Shown: one piece after another, positions 29,882 through 40,357 of the stretch
Layout: each line of letters starts with the position of its first letter
Position numbering within the stretch: position 1 is the stretch's first letter
Source of the DNA: Candidatus Binatia bacterium
GTDB lineage: Bacteria > Desulfobacterota > Binatia > Bin18
Assembly: GCA_963664395.2 (NCBI GenBank)
Contig: OY761159.2
Span: 3,072,001-3,136,000, forward strand
Direction of reading: 5' to 3'
DNA: 64,000 nt
Translations under genes and position numbers: made by a program
Notes under the pieces: model-generated
Database searches by the model: none
What the model saw: the letters and a program-made list of their open reading frames with translations, nothing else
Told to the model about the DNA's origin: nothing

Positions 29882-31645
29882 TCATCTTTTTGTAAAAACA
29901 AAATTCTCTGCCATCTGCGCTCGGACTTCTTTCAAGTGGGTCACATACTTGGGAAAGCCGCCGTTATAATTGCCGTCCTGACGACGCTGAAATTCGCCCT
30001 CGAAATTATAATAGCCCGGCGTGCAGTCCTGGTTGCGGGTGGTTTTGCCGCGATGATGGATCACTTCTTGTACCCACCACTCTTCTGCCTCGGGAGTAAC
30101 GTCGATGGCGTGATAGCCCTTACGCCGCACATAGTCTATGCACGCCGCAATATGATCGCCTTGTGATTGCAGCATGTCCGTCAGGTTGAACTGAAACGAT
30201 GCCTGATAGCCACCCATGATAAACAGGTTGGGATAGCCCTGAGAGTGGATGCCGAGCAGGGTGCGGATGCCGGTACTGTATTTGTCGTTCAGGTCGAGGT
30301 CGTTTGCTCCTTTGATCTGGTTGTAAATCCCGGTCTTCTGCACCTCGAAGCCGGTGGCATAAATCAGGACATCGAGCTCGTACTGCGTCCCGTCAAACGC
30401 CGGTCCTTTCACGGTGATTTCGGTGATGCCTTTGCCGTGGGTATCGACCAGGTGCACGTTGGGACGGTTGAAGGTCGGCAGATAGTCGTTGTGAAAGCAG
30501 GGTCGCTTGCACATGAACATATACCACGGCTTGAGCGCTTCTGCGGTGATTTTGTCCTTCACAATCTCGTCGATGCGCTGGTGAATGCGTAGCATATAGT
30601 CGATGTTGGCGTTCTCTTGCCGCCTGATTTTCTCTTCACGAGACATGGCCGTGCGCTCGGCTTTCTGCGCAGCGGTTAACTGTGGCCCTCGCATCGCCCG
30701 TTCGCGCCGCTTGGCCTGCCAGCCGGGCTTCAGTTTGCGTGCCCAGTTGGGATCGGTCGGCCAGTCGTCCCGGATATCAATCGACGACGGCGTGCGTTGG
30801 AACACATACAGCTCTTTGGATGAGGCGCCGAGACCGGGAATGGCCTGCACCGCGGTCGCGCCCGTGCCGATGATGCCAACAACCTTGTCTTCCAGGCCGG
30901 ACAAGTTTTCCTGGGTGTAGGCATAGTCCCAGCGCGAGGTATGAAAGGAGTGGCCTTTGAAGGACTCCATGCCCTTAATTTTAGACAGCTTGGGCTTGGA
31001 CAGGGTGCCGTTGGCGCAGATGACGAAGTGCGCTTTCATGTGGTCGCCCCGGTCTGTGGTGAGCTGCCACATTTCTTCTTCTGCATTCCATATGGTGGAG
31101 GTGACGGTTGTCTGAAAGACTGCCAGCTCGTACAGGTTGTACTTTTTGGCAATGGCCTGGCAGTGCGCGAAAATCTCCGGGCCCCTGGAATAATGGTGCT
31201 TGGGCACGTAGTCCATCTCGTCGAGCAGCGGCAGGTAGTCATACGAGATCACGTCGCAGGCCACTCCAGGATAGCGGTTCCAGTACCAGGTACCGCCCAC
31301 ATCGGCTCCTCGTTCGACGATGCGGATACTCTCTACGCCATATTCCCGCAGTCGGGCTGAGGTGAGGAGCGCAGAAAACCCACCGCCAATGAATAAACAT
31401 TCGACTGTATCGTTGATCGGCTCGCGGGGAATAATCTGCCCGCCGTAGGGGTCGGTCTCGTACTTGGCGAAAGAACCGGACAGGTCGGACGTGTACTGCT
31501 GCGTCCCTTCGGGGCGATAATGCAGCCGCAGGTCACGCTCATCGGCGAACTTCTGTTTGATGGCATCGTAATACTCTTGCGGCTTTCTCGGCTTTGAGAG
31601 CCCGTCCATGGTGTTAATAAGGGGCTTCTCCTGCGTCTCACTCAT
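29882..31645 (-). CDS. Baeyer-Villiger monooxygenase
   Basis: [27 protein letters not shown] fingerprint, GTGAT and LIYATGF. Confidence 0.95.
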   Translation of the reverse strand: MSETQEKPLINTMDGLSKPRKPQEYYDAIKQKFADERDLRLHYRPEGTQQYTSDLSGSFAKYETDPYGGQIIPREPINDTVECLFIGGGFSALLTSARLREYGVESIRIVERGADVGGTWYWNRYPGVACDVISYDYLPLLDEMDYVPKHHYSRGPEIFAHCQAIAKKYNLYELAVFQTTVTSTIWNAEEEMWQLTTDRGDHMKAHFVICANGTLSKPKLSKIKGMESFKGHSFHTSRWDYAYTQENLSGLEDKVVGIIGTGATAVQAIPGLGASSKELYVFQRTPSSIDIRDDWPTDPNWARKLKPGWQAKRRERAMRGPQLTAAQKAERTAMSREEKIRRQENANIDYMLRIHQRIDEIVKDKITAEALKPWYMFMCKRPCFHNDYLPTFNRPNVHLVDTHGKGITEITVKGPAFDGTQYELDVLIYATGFEVQKTGIYNQIKGANDLDLNDKYSTGIRTLLGIHSQGYPNLFIMGGYQASFQFNLTDMLQSQGDHIAACIDYVRRKGYHAIDVTPEAEEWWVQEVIHHRGKTTRNQDCTPGYYNFEGEFQRRQDGNYNGGFPKYVTHLKEVRAQMAENFVFTKR

Positions 31646-31813
31646 GTATCAATCCTCCGTATCCATACAAACCTAAAATATAATCTCAGCTTTGTCGAAC
31701 AGCCTGAATGCGCGCGTTGTAAAAATTTTATTGATATGCAAAACTTCGCGCTGACGAAAAAATTGAGATGCTCCGTAAGGAAGACATTCGCATCGAGAAG
31801 GAGGGCTGACACG

Positions 31814-33643
31814 ATGAATGAAGCGGTAGCGCAATCCCAACCGAATGAAATTCCAACTCCCGAAGAGCTGGGCTTCGACCCTGCTGAACTGCGTCAGAAG
31901 TACGCCGAGGAGCGTGCCAGGCGTCTCCGCGCGGACGGGAACAACCAATATCAGGAAATCACAGGGAAGCACGAACACTACAACGTCGATCCCTATGTCG
32001 AGCCGGGCTTCACGCGCCCCGCGCTGCAAGAAGAGCTCGATGCGGTGATTGTCGGCGGGGGCTTTGGCGGCCTCCTTGCAGCAGCGCGGCTGCAGAAGGC
32101 CGGCATCACGAATATTCGCATCATCGAGAAGGCCGGAGATTTTGGCGGGACCTGGTACTGGAACCGCTATCCCGGCGCTCAGTGTGACATCGAATCCTAC
32201 GTGTATCTGCCGCTGCTCGAAGAGACCGGATACATCCCAAAGGAAAAATACTCCTTTGCGCCGGAGATTTTTGCCCACGCCCAGCGGATCGGCAAGCACT
32301 TCAACCTGTACGAGCGGGCCTGCTTCCAAACTCAGGTAAAAGATGCGCGCTGGAACGAGCAGGAAGGGCGCTGGACGATCACCACCGATCGCGGCGATGT
32401 CTTCCGGGCGCGCTTTGTCATCATGTCGAGTGGGCCGCTCAACCGGCCCAAGCTGCCGGCGATTCCGGGTATCGAAAAATTCACAGGACATACCTTTCAC
32501 ACCAGCCGCTGGGACTATGCCTACACCGGTGGCGATACGACCGGCGGGCTACACAAACTCAAAGATAAACGCGTAGGTATCATTGGCACCGGGGCGACTG
32601 TGATCCAGTCGGTGTCACATCTCGGCGCGCACGCCAAACAGCTCTACGTGTTCCAGCGCACGCCGTCGTCGGTGGACGAGCGCGGCAACAAGCCGACCGA
32701 CCCGGAATGGGTCGGGACGCTGAAGCCCGGCTGGCAGGATTACCGCAACAACAATTTCTGCTCCATCCTGGCCGGAATTCCGGTTGAGGAAGACCTGGTC
32801 GGCGACAAGTGGACCAGCCTGTTCAAAAAGCTCTCCGAACTGCTCACCGGCAAGGAGAACTCGAACCTCTCCGACGAAGGCATGGCGCTCATGTCAGAGA
32901 TCGCCGACTACCAGAAGATGAACGAAATTCGCGACCGCGTGTCCACGACCGTCGGCGACCCGGAGACCGCGGAGGCGCTCAAACCCTGGTACGGCCAGTG
33001 GTGCAAGCGTCCGACCTTCAACGACGAATACTTGCCCACCTTCAACCGCCCCAACGTGAAGCTGGTGGACACCAAGGGGAAAGGCGTTGAGCGGGTAACA
33101 GAAAATGCGGTGGTCGTGGACGGCGTCGAGTACGAAGTGGACTGTCTGATCTACGCCACGGGCTTCGAGGTCGGGACGGCGTACACGCAGCGCTCCGAGT
33201 TCGAGGTGTACGGGCGTGACGGGCTCTCGCTGCGCGACTACTGGGCCGACGGCATGAGGACCTACCACGGCTTCCTGAGCTACGGCTTCCCGAACTGCTT
33301 CCATATGGGTCTCACCCAGACCGGTCTTGCGCCCAACTTCACCTATATGCTGAACGGGCAGGCCACCCACATCGCTCATCTCATTACCCAGGTAGAAGAT
33401 CGCGAAGCACAGTCAGTGGAGCCCACCCCCGAGGCCGAGGCGGAGTGGGTGAAACTGCTGACCGGACCGACCTTCATGACCGAGTACCAGAACACCTGTA
33501 CGCCCGGCTACTACAATGGCGAGGGAAAAAATGAGGGCCAGGGCTTCATCGAGGTCCAATACCCTGATGGTGCGGTGCCCTTTTACGACATGCTCGCCGC
33601 CTGGCGCGAGCAGGACGAGTTTGAGGGCCTCATCGTTCGGTAG
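31814..33643 (+). CDS. Baeyer-Villiger monooxygenase
   Basis: [33 protein letters not shown]; ATG at 31814 after GGAGG; divergent from its paralog. Confidence 0.95.
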   Translation: MNEAVAQSQPNEIPTPEELGFDPAELRQKYAEERARRLRADGNNQYQEITGKHEHYNVDPYVEPGFTRPALQEELDAVIVGGGFGGLLAAARLQKAGITNIRIIEKAGDFGGTWYWNRYPGAQCDIESYVYLPLLEETGYIPKEKYSFAPEIFAHAQRIGKHFNLYERACFQTQVKDARWNEQEGRWTITTDRGDVFRARFVIMSSGPLNRPKLPAIPGIEKFTGHTFHTSRWDYAYTGGDTTGGLHKLKDKRVGIIGTGATVIQSVSHLGAHAKQLYVFQRTPSSVDERGNKPTDPEWVGTLKPGWQDYRNNNFCSILAGIPVEEDLVGDKWTSLFKKLSELLTGKENSNLSDEGMALMSEIADYQKMNEIRDRVSTTVGDPETAEALKPWYGQWCKRPTFNDEYLPTFNRPNVKLVDTKGKGVERVTENAVVVDGVEYEVDCLIYATGFEVGTAYTQRSEFEVYGRDGLSLRDYWADGMRTYHGFLSYGFPNCFHMGLTQTGLAPNFTYMLNGQATHIAHLITQVEDREAQSVEPTPEAEAEWVKLLTGPTFMTEYQNTCTPGYYNGEGKNEGQGFIEVQYPDGAVPFYDMLAAWREQDEFEGLIVR

Positions 33644-33646
33644 GCC

Positions 33647-33670
33647 GCTGGGGGCCGCGCGGCCCCCAGC
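33647..33670. terminator. GC-rich hairpin between convergent genes
   Basis: GCTGGGGGCCG-CG-CGGCCCCCAGC. Confidence 0.65.
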
Positions 33671-33681
33671 CCGTTAGCGTT

Positions 33682-35100
33682 TTAGGCCTTGGCGGCGAGC
33701 CAGGCCTCGGTTTCGGCCAGCGCGTCTTTCAGCCGCTGCAGGAGCACACTGATCTCCTGCGGGCTGATGATCAACGGCGGCGCCATAAAAATAATGTCAG
33801 GTCCCATTTCACGCACGAGGAGCCCGCGCTTCAGGGCCGCCCGACGGACGTAGTCGGCGACGTTGTACTCAAGCGGAAAAGGCTCGCGGGTGTCCTTGTT
33901 CTGGACGAACTCCAGGGCCGCGATTAAGCCCATACCCCGCACATCGCCGACGATGGGCGAGGAGTGCAACTCGGCCAGCCCCTCGTGAAAGAGCGTTCCC
34001 ATCCGGGCCGCATGGTCGACGAGCTGCTCCCGCTCCATAATTTCAAGCGTCTTCAGTCCGGCCGCGCAGCACACTGGGTGACCGGAGTTCGTATAGCCGT
34101 GGGCGAACTCGGTGCCTTCGGGAGCGTGCAGAAAGGTGTCGTAAATCTTCTCGTGCAGGAGCACCGCGCCGAGCGGCAGATAGCCGCTATTGATGCCTTT
34201 GGCCGTGCTGATCATATCCGGGGTGACGCCCGCGTGCTCAATGGCGAACATCTTGCCCGTTCGTCCAAAACCGGTAATGACTTCATCGGACACCATGAGC
34301 ACATCATATTTGTCACAGATCGCCCGGACCCGTTGGAAATATTCCGGGGGAAGGGGGATGCCGCCACCGCCTCCCAGCACGGGTTCGGCAATAAAGAAGG
34401 CAACGGTCTCCGGCCCTTCTTCGAGAATGACCTTTTCCAGCATATCCGCACAGGCGAGGGTGCAGGCCGGCTGCGTTCCACACTGCTCACAGCGATAGCG
34501 GTACGGGGTGGGGATATGTCGAACCTTTGACAGCATGGGCTCAAAGTGTTCGTGCATATGCGGCAGCCCCGTCAGGCTGGCGGCCCCATACGTCGCGCCG
34601 TGATAGCTGCGGTCCAGCGCAATCGCCGTGGTTTTCTTCTCAAAGCCGCGCAGCCGGAAATAGAGGCGACTGACCTTGATGACCGTCTCGTTGGCTTCCG
34701 AACCGCCTGAGACAAAAATCACCCGGTTCAGCCCGTCCGGTGCCTGCGCGGTAAGCTTTGCCGCCAGTTCAATGGAGGGTGGGGTGGAGAAATTCCAGCC
34801 GCCTAAATGAAACGGGAGGGTCTTCATTTGCGCGTGGACCGCGTCGGCAATCTCGGTCTGGTCATAGCCCAAGCCCACATTGCCAATGCCGGAGCAGCCA
34901 TCGAGATACTGATTGCCCTCAGCATCCCAAAGATAGATCCCTTTCCCCGCTACAATAACGGTGAAATCTCCGTCGGCATGATCCTGAAAGGTCGTAAAGA
35001 TCGGCAGCTTATTCTGGCGTTCCAGGTCTCGTAACTTCTCAACGTCCAGCTCAAAGGGACGCGGGGCGGGCTGCTGCGCGTATGCCTGCTGCTGACTCAT
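33682..35100 (-). CDS. Class III PLP-dependent aminotransferase
   Basis: SGGSEANE, SYHG, DEVITGFGRTG and TAKGINSGYLPLG motifs. Confidence 0.95.
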   Translation of the reverse strand: MSQQQAYAQQPAPRPFELDVEKLRDLERQNKLPIFTTFQDHADGDFTVIVAGKGIYLWDAEGNQYLDGCSGIGNVGLGYDQTEIADAVHAQMKTLPFHLGGWNFSTPPSIELAAKLTAQAPDGLNRVIFVSGGSEANETVIKVSRLYFRLRGFEKKTTAIALDRSYHGATYGAASLTGLPHMHEHFEPMLSKVRHIPTPYRYRCEQCGTQPACTLACADMLEKVILEEGPETVAFFIAEPVLGGGGGIPLPPEYFQRVRAICDKYDVLMVSDEVITGFGRTGKMFAIEHAGVTPDMISTAKGINSGYLPLGAVLLHEKIYDTFLHAPEGTEFAHGYTNSGHPVCCAAGLKTLEIMEREQLVDHAARMGTLFHEGLAELHSSPIVGDVRGMGLIAALEFVQNKDTREPFPLEYNVADYVRRAALKRGLLVREMGPDIIFMAPPLIISPQEISVLLQRLKDALAETEAWLAAKA

Positions 35101-35460
35101 ATTTTACCCTCCTTATTCTTGAGTTTGGGTTGGGAATGTCACGCAGAGCGTAAGACCATTGCCGACCAGAGTCAAACGGTGAACCGGAGCGTGCATGACA
35201 ACCGGCTTGACCGCTCTTCACCTATTCTTGCAGCCGTAATTGCGTAATTGACGCTTTCGCCCGTTTCTGCCAATTTGAGTCTACATCCTCCAGGCAGTGA
35301 GCCCGATACGTCGGGTCGCCTGCTGAATACAATAGCTACCAACATGCGAGAGTCATGATCCGCGCTTAGGCGAATGCGTAGGACTTCACACATTCTCTGC
35401 TGCGAAGGATGCACGACCCGGCACTCCCGCCGGGACCATTGCTCAGGAAAGGAGTGGGAT

Positions 35461-36063
35461 ATGGGGCTTCGTTTTAGTGCTGTTATCCTCGGGATAGCCT
35501 GGCTTATCAGTCCGCCCACATGGGCGACCACGGTCATTGAGAAATCACTTACAGACTTAGTGCAGGAGGCGGATACCATTGTGGTCGGCACAGTCTCCGC
35601 TATTGAGGCCGAATGGGATGCCGCAAGTGAGACCCCGTTTACCTACGTCACCTTCACCGACCTCGACATCCTTAAAGGTGAGGCAGACCAAACGGAGTTG
35701 ACGCTGCGGTTTCTCGGCGGTCCGCGTCCTGACGGCACGATCCTCCAGATTGCTAGCGTCCCGCAATTTGCTATTGGGGAACGAAACGTCCTCTTTGTGA
35801 CGGGCAATGACCACTATGCGGTGCCGCTCGTCGGACTTTGGCAAGGGGTCTATCGGGTGGTCTTTGATCCCGCACGGGACACCGACACCGTCTATACCCA
35901 CACCATGCAGCCGCTGACCACGCTGCCCTCCGGCGGAGGAAACATCCTGCACGATGAGGACACCACAGGTCAGCAGGCACAAGCGCTCCGACAGGATTCA
36001 ACGGAAGCCATGTCGCTTGAGACCTTCTCTAACTTGATTGAGCAGGAGGCGAATCGTGACTAG
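35461..36063 (+). CDS. Secreted hypothetical protein (NTR/OB-like ADxIVVGTV motif)
   Basis: Signal peptide; LVQEADTIVVGTV and PQFAIGERNVLFV; overlaps the start of the downstream protease gene. Confidence 0.7.
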   Translation: MGLRFSAVILGIAWLISPPTWATTVIEKSLTDLVQEADTIVVGTVSAIEAEWDAASETPFTYVTFTDLDILKGEADQTELTLRFLGGPRPDGTILQIASVPQFAIGERNVLFVTGNDHYAVPLVGLWQGVYRVVFDPARDTDTVYTHTMQPLTTLPSGGGNILHDEDTTGQQAQALRQDSTEAMSLETFSNLIEQEANRD

Positions 36064-37153
36064 GAATCTGATTCGTACGACCCTTCTTACGTTCGTGCTC
36101 ATGGGTCTGTGGGCGCTGTCTGAGAGCGACGCCTATGTCAGGTCAACCGATCAGAGAACAGGCAGACCCCTCTTCTGGGCGAGTCACGCGGTCACACTGA
36201 CGCTGAACTTCCCGAATGTCCCGTGTGTCTCTGCCCCAGGCTCATGTTATGAAACGGCAGCAAGCGCGGCCGCTCAGGACTGGAACAAGACCGGGGCACG
36301 GTTTACGTTCACAACAAGGCTGGCCCCCGTCGATCCTTGCCTTCAGGATGGTCGCAATGCCGTCAGCTTTGGGACCACATTCTGCGGCCAGAGTTTCCCA
36401 CCAGGCGTGCTTGCCATCACAGGGACGAGCTCTCTCCCCACGGGTGAAATCCGTGAGTCGGCTGTCCTCTTCTATGTGGACCCCAATCCTACCTCCGCGT
36501 TTTTCTGGGATGTCTATGAGGGGCCACAACGGTCCGTCGCCGGTACACCGATCTACGACTTTTACCGGGTGGCCTCTCATGAATTCGGCCATGTGCTCGG
36601 TCTCGCCCATCCCGACGATTACGGGCAATTTGTGCGTGCCCTGATGAATTCCAAGGCCTCCGATATTGACCGCCCACAACCCGACGATATCAGAGGGATT
36701 CACGCGATCTATGGCAGCCGTACGCCACTTCCTTCTTCCAAGGGTATCTTAGAGAACCCTGGCCATCAGACCTTCAAAAGCGGCATTGGCGTCATCTCGG
36801 GCTGGGCCTGTGAGGCCAACCGAGTGGAAGTGGCCATCGGACAGACGCGGTTCCAAGCCGTCTATGGTTCCGAGCGTTCGGATACGCGCGGGGTCTGCGG
36901 AGATACAAACAACGGCTTTGTGATCTTGTTCAACTGGAACGTGCTGGGCGACGGCGTGCATACGGCGCGGCTTTTGGTCGATGGACGTATGCTGGGTTCT
37001 CCCGCTGAGTTTAAGGTCACAACCTTTGGCCAAGAGTTTGCCCGGGGATTGGAGGGGACCTACACGTTGTTCGATTTCCCGCGCCTTGGAAACGAGACAC
37101 TCATTGGCTGGGATCAGAATGTACAGAATTTTTCCATTCTGGAAAGAAGATAG
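36056..37153 (+). CDS. Secreted matrixin-like (metzincin) metalloprotease with a C-terminal unnamed module
   Basis: Signal peptide; HEFGHVLGLAH Zn motif, ALMN Met-turn, DDIRGIHAIYG. Confidence 0.9.
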   Translation: MTRNLIRTTLLTFVLMGLWALSESDAYVRSTDQRTGRPLFWASHAVTLTLNFPNVPCVSAPGSCYETAASAAAQDWNKTGARFTFTTRLAPVDPCLQDGRNAVSFGTTFCGQSFPPGVLAITGTSSLPTGEIRESAVLFYVDPNPTSAFFWDVYEGPQRSVAGTPIYDFYRVASHEFGHVLGLAHPDDYGQFVRALMNSKASDIDRPQPDDIRGIHAIYGSRTPLPSSKGILENPGHQTFKSGIGVISGWACEANRVEVAIGQTRFQAVYGSERSDTRGVCGDTNNGFVILFNWNVLGDGVHTARLLVDGRMLGSPAEFKVTTFGQEFARGLEGTYTLFDFPRLGNETLIGWDQNVQNFSILERR

Positions 37154-37269
37154 AGGTGAGCCCTGAGTTCCTCACCAGTAAGGAGGTCAGATTGGAACAC
37201 TTCCCCTTCCAATTTGGGACAGTAGGAGTGAAATTGGGACAGTATCTGGGGACCTCTGCCTCTGTCCCG

Positions 37270-38031
37270 TTACTGCGCTACATAGCCGCCATCCACCGCC
37301 ATGGGATGGCCGGTCACAAACGAGGCCGCGTCCGAACACAGCCAGGCCACGGCTTCCCCGATCTCGGACGGCTGGGCAAGCCGACCGACCGGTTCCGCGC
37401 TCGATATGCCTTCGGCCATTCCGGGGACTTTTTCAAAGGCGCGTTTGAGCATCGGCGTCTCCACGCCGCCCGGACAGACAGCGTTCACCCGAATGCCGGC
37501 CTTGGCATACTCAAGCGCCGCGGTCTTGGTGAGCCCGACCACACCGTGTTTGGCCGCGACGTAGGCAGACGCGGCTGGCATGCCTTGCAAGCCAGCCACC
37601 GAGGCCGTGTTCACAATCGCCCCTCCACCCTGGCTGAGCATCTGTCGGACTTCGGCTTTCATGCTCAACCACACGCCTTTGAGGTTGATGCCGATCACCC
37701 GACTCCAGGTCGCCTCTGGATAGTCCGGTGTGGGCAGGAAATCGCCTTCGATACCCGCATTATTAAACGCGCAGTCCAGCCGGCCATAGGTCTCAACCAC
37801 TGTCTTGACCATCGCCTCCGTATCCGTGGCTTGGGAGGTGTCGGTCCTGATAAAGATCGCTTCGCCCCCGGCGTCTTGAACCAGGCGTACGGTTTCCTCA
37901 GCGCCTTCGACATTCACATCCGCCACCGCGACTTTTGCCCCTTCACGAGCAAAAACCTGAGCGGTCGCTCGACCAATTCCGGTACTCCCCCCCGTAATCA
38001 AAGCGACCTTCCCTTCCAATAATCCTGCCAT
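37270..38031 (-). CDS. Short-chain dehydrogenase/reductase
   Basis: TGGSTGIG, NNAG, YVAAK and VDGG motifs; ATG at 38031. Confidence 0.95.
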   Translation of the reverse strand: MAGLLEGKVALITGGSTGIGRATAQVFAREGAKVAVADVNVEGAEETVRLVQDAGGEAIFIRTDTSQATDTEAMVKTVVETYGRLDCAFNNAGIEGDFLPTPDYPEATWSRVIGINLKGVWLSMKAEVRQMLSQGGGAIVNTASVAGLQGMPAASAYVAAKHGVVGLTKTAALEYAKAGIRVNAVCPGGVETPMLKRAFEKVPGMAEGISSAEPVGRLAQPSEIGEAVAWLCSDAASFVTGHPMAVDGGYVAQ

Positions 38032-38075
38032 ACCATTCCCTTTCTCTATCTCTCTCTCCCTGTCTCTGCCCCTGT

Positions 38076-39284
38076 CTATTGCCATGCACCCGAGGCGCTG
38101 GATTGGTAGCCCAGCGCCCGGTAGACGGCGTCGACCAAACTCTGTCCCCGCTCATTGAGCGACGCGCCTGAGCCCATCCGGTTCATGGTATAGCCAAAGG
38201 ACATGCCGGCTTTGGGGTCGGCAAAACCAAACGAGCCGCCCGCGCCAACATGACCGAACGCCTCCTCAGAGAACAGGACGCTGTCCTGCACTCCAGCCGG
38301 CTCCTTGCGGTTGTCCATGGTTTTCATGAAGCCCAGAGCAAACCGGGTCGGCATGACCAGTACGGCGTCTCTGCCGGTTGCAGACGACACGCGGCCCATA
38401 CGCGCCAGGGTCTCGGAGTTGACCAGTTCGACGTCGCCCTTTTTACCGCCCAGGGCGAGCGGCTCATACAGACCGGCCAGTCCACGCGCGTTGGTGATCC
38501 CGCCCGCACCGCCAATTTCGGCGGCGTGCGCAGCCCGGCTGTCATACTCAGGAACGGCGCCCATATACCCGCCCAGGTTGAGGATGGCCAAGGCCGCCAG
38601 CGTGCCCGGCTTGGTCATCTCCTGGAAGAGCGCGCTGCTTGGGTCGGGCTCGGCGGCAATCATGGGTGCCACCCGCGCCTCTTTGTCCTCGGGCAGGCCG
38701 ATCCAGAAGTCCAGGCCCAGGGGCTGGGCAATCTCGTCCCGAAAGAACGTGCCGAGTGACTTGCCGGACACGCGCCGAACCACCTCGCCGACCAGCCAGC
38801 CATAGGTGAGGGCATGATAGCCGTTCCGGGTGCCGGGCTCCCAAAAGGGTTCTTCTTTGGCCAGGGCGTTGACCATCAGATCCCAATCCGCATAGGCACC
38901 TTGCGGTAGATTTTCACGCACCGCAGGCAGCCCGGCCTGATGATTCAGCAGCATTTTGACCGGGATGTGTTCTTTGCCGGCCTGGGCAAACTCGGGCCAG
39001 TAGGTGGCGACCGGCGCATCGAGGTCGAGTTGGCCGCGCGACGCCAGGACGTGAGCGCAAATGGCCGTTGCCCCCTTTGTTGAGGAAAAGACGATGCTGA
39101 CCGTCTCATCGGTCCACGGCGTCTCGGTCTCGGGGTTGGCCGTCCCGCCCCACAGATTGACCATCGTTTGCCCGCCAACCGTCACACACACCGCCGCGCC
39201 AACTTCGCCGCGCTCTGCAAAATTGCGCTCGAACTCCTGACGCACCTCCTGAAACTTTTGGTCGCACGTTCCCTGCACTGCCAT
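38076..39284 (-). CDS. Serine hydrolase (beta-lactamase-like, family VIII esterase)
   Basis: SSTK, LLNHQAGL, GYHALTYG and FGHVGAGGS motifs. Confidence 0.93.
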   Translation of the reverse strand: MAVQGTCDQKFQEVRQEFERNFAERGEVGAAVCVTVGGQTMVNLWGGTANPETETPWTDETVSIVFSSTKGATAICAHVLASRGQLDLDAPVATYWPEFAQAGKEHIPVKMLLNHQAGLPAVRENLPQGAYADWDLMVNALAKEEPFWEPGTRNGYHALTYGWLVGEVVRRVSGKSLGTFFRDEIAQPLGLDFWIGLPEDKEARVAPMIAAEPDPSSALFQEMTKPGTLAALAILNLGGYMGAVPEYDSRAAHAAEIGGAGGITNARGLAGLYEPLALGGKKGDVELVNSETLARMGRVSSATGRDAVLVMPTRFALGFMKTMDNRKEPAGVQDSVLFSEEAFGHVGAGGSFGFADPKAGMSFGYTMNRMGSGASLNERGQSLVDAVYRALGYQSSASGAWQ

Positions 39285-39387
39285 GATGTTTCTCCTTTTT
39301 TATCCGGACGCTACGCTCCTGCTGTATCAAACCGGAGCGGCAAAGTCTGTGGGCCGCGGACGATGATCGAGGCAATCGAAAGCCATA

Positions 39388-39711
39388 TTATCCAAGCCGT
39401 TTCTGTCGCTCGCGGAGCAATAGGAATAACGGCAGGCCGGCGGCAAACGCCACCAGCCACGAAACCACAATGCAGATAATAAAATTTCGCGTGCCCAGCG
39501 TGCGCCCCTCGGAGAATAACCAGACGTTATACGCCACAAACGCAATCAACAGGTCGAACAGGAGCGAGGCGGTGGCCGCGCTCTCCATCGGCACAGTGAA
39601 GAAATCGACCAGGAGATTGCCGCCCGCACCCATATACTGGACGTTGTAATACATGGGCAGGAGTACCCCTAAGGCAACCAGAACCGCATAGACCGTCTCA
39701 CGTGTCGTCAT
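39388..39711 (-). CDS. Small membrane protein (DUF2834-like)
   Basis: Three to four TM helices; FDLLIA...GLPLFLLLRE. Confidence 0.7.
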   Translation of the reverse strand: MTTRETVYAVLVALGVLLPMYYNVQYMGAGGNLLVDFFTVPMESAATASLLFDLLIAFVAYNVWLFSEGRTLGTRNFIICIVVSWLVAFAAGLPLFLLLRERQKRLG

Positions 39712-39748
39712 ACGTCAGCCCTCCTGTTCCGTTCTTGATCGTTCTTGC

Positions 39749-39847
39749 CTATGGGTAGACGCCCCGCCGCCGCAACTCGGCGTAGACCGCGTAGGGCTCT
39801 TCCAGTACCTCAGGCACGAAGGGGTCTAGATTCGTCTGGTTCGGCAT
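39749..39847 (-). pseudogene. Cytochrome P450 N-terminal fragment
   Basis: LDPFVPEVLEEPYAVYAELRR after a GGAGGAG RBS; stops after 32 codons. Confidence 0.6.
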
Positions 39848-39943
39848 CACTCCTCCCCGCAGGATAAACGATTCGGTCGCAGCCCGTCTTGACGCGGGTT
39901 CGATGCTGACGACTCGTGTTGACGTCGGCTTTTCAGGCACACC

Positions 39944-40314
39944 GGGCAACCACAGGGGGGCAGAGGGTGGCCTCGGGGCGGACGGAGGGGAGGGCAGGCA
40001 CGGGGGCCTGCCCCTACGGGGGACAGGGGCGATCCCGCATCGGGTGGCTGAATGGTGATAATGCCGTGTACGTGGTTGGGCATGATGATGAATGCGTCTG
40101 TTTCAATGCAGGGGTAATTCGCAGGTAACTCATCCCACGCGCCCTGCACCATTTGACCTGCATCGTTCAATACCATCCCACCATCCACAACATCGCCAAA
40201 CAGATATTCGTTGTTTTGGGTGCAAATAGTGAGAAAATACGCTCCTGGCTGCGAATACCCGTATCCCCGCAAACGGATGGAGCGGCGGTGATGTTTGGCC
40301 GGGTCGTATGCCAT
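39944..40314 (-). pseudogene. Truncated REP-associated tyrosine transposase (RAYT/Y1)
   Basis: HHRRSIRL, GAYFLTIC and IMPNHVHG (HUH); similarity to 47285-47956 ends at a REP; catalytic Tyr half missing. Confidence 0.88.
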
Positions 40315-40357
40315 TTGGTGTTCTCCACCAGGGCGGGCTCGGGACCAAAGCCCTCTT

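Noticed and set aside
37214-37244. TTGGGACAGTA direct repeat, 20 nt apart
   Set aside because: Only two copies between convergent genes; no linked function evident.
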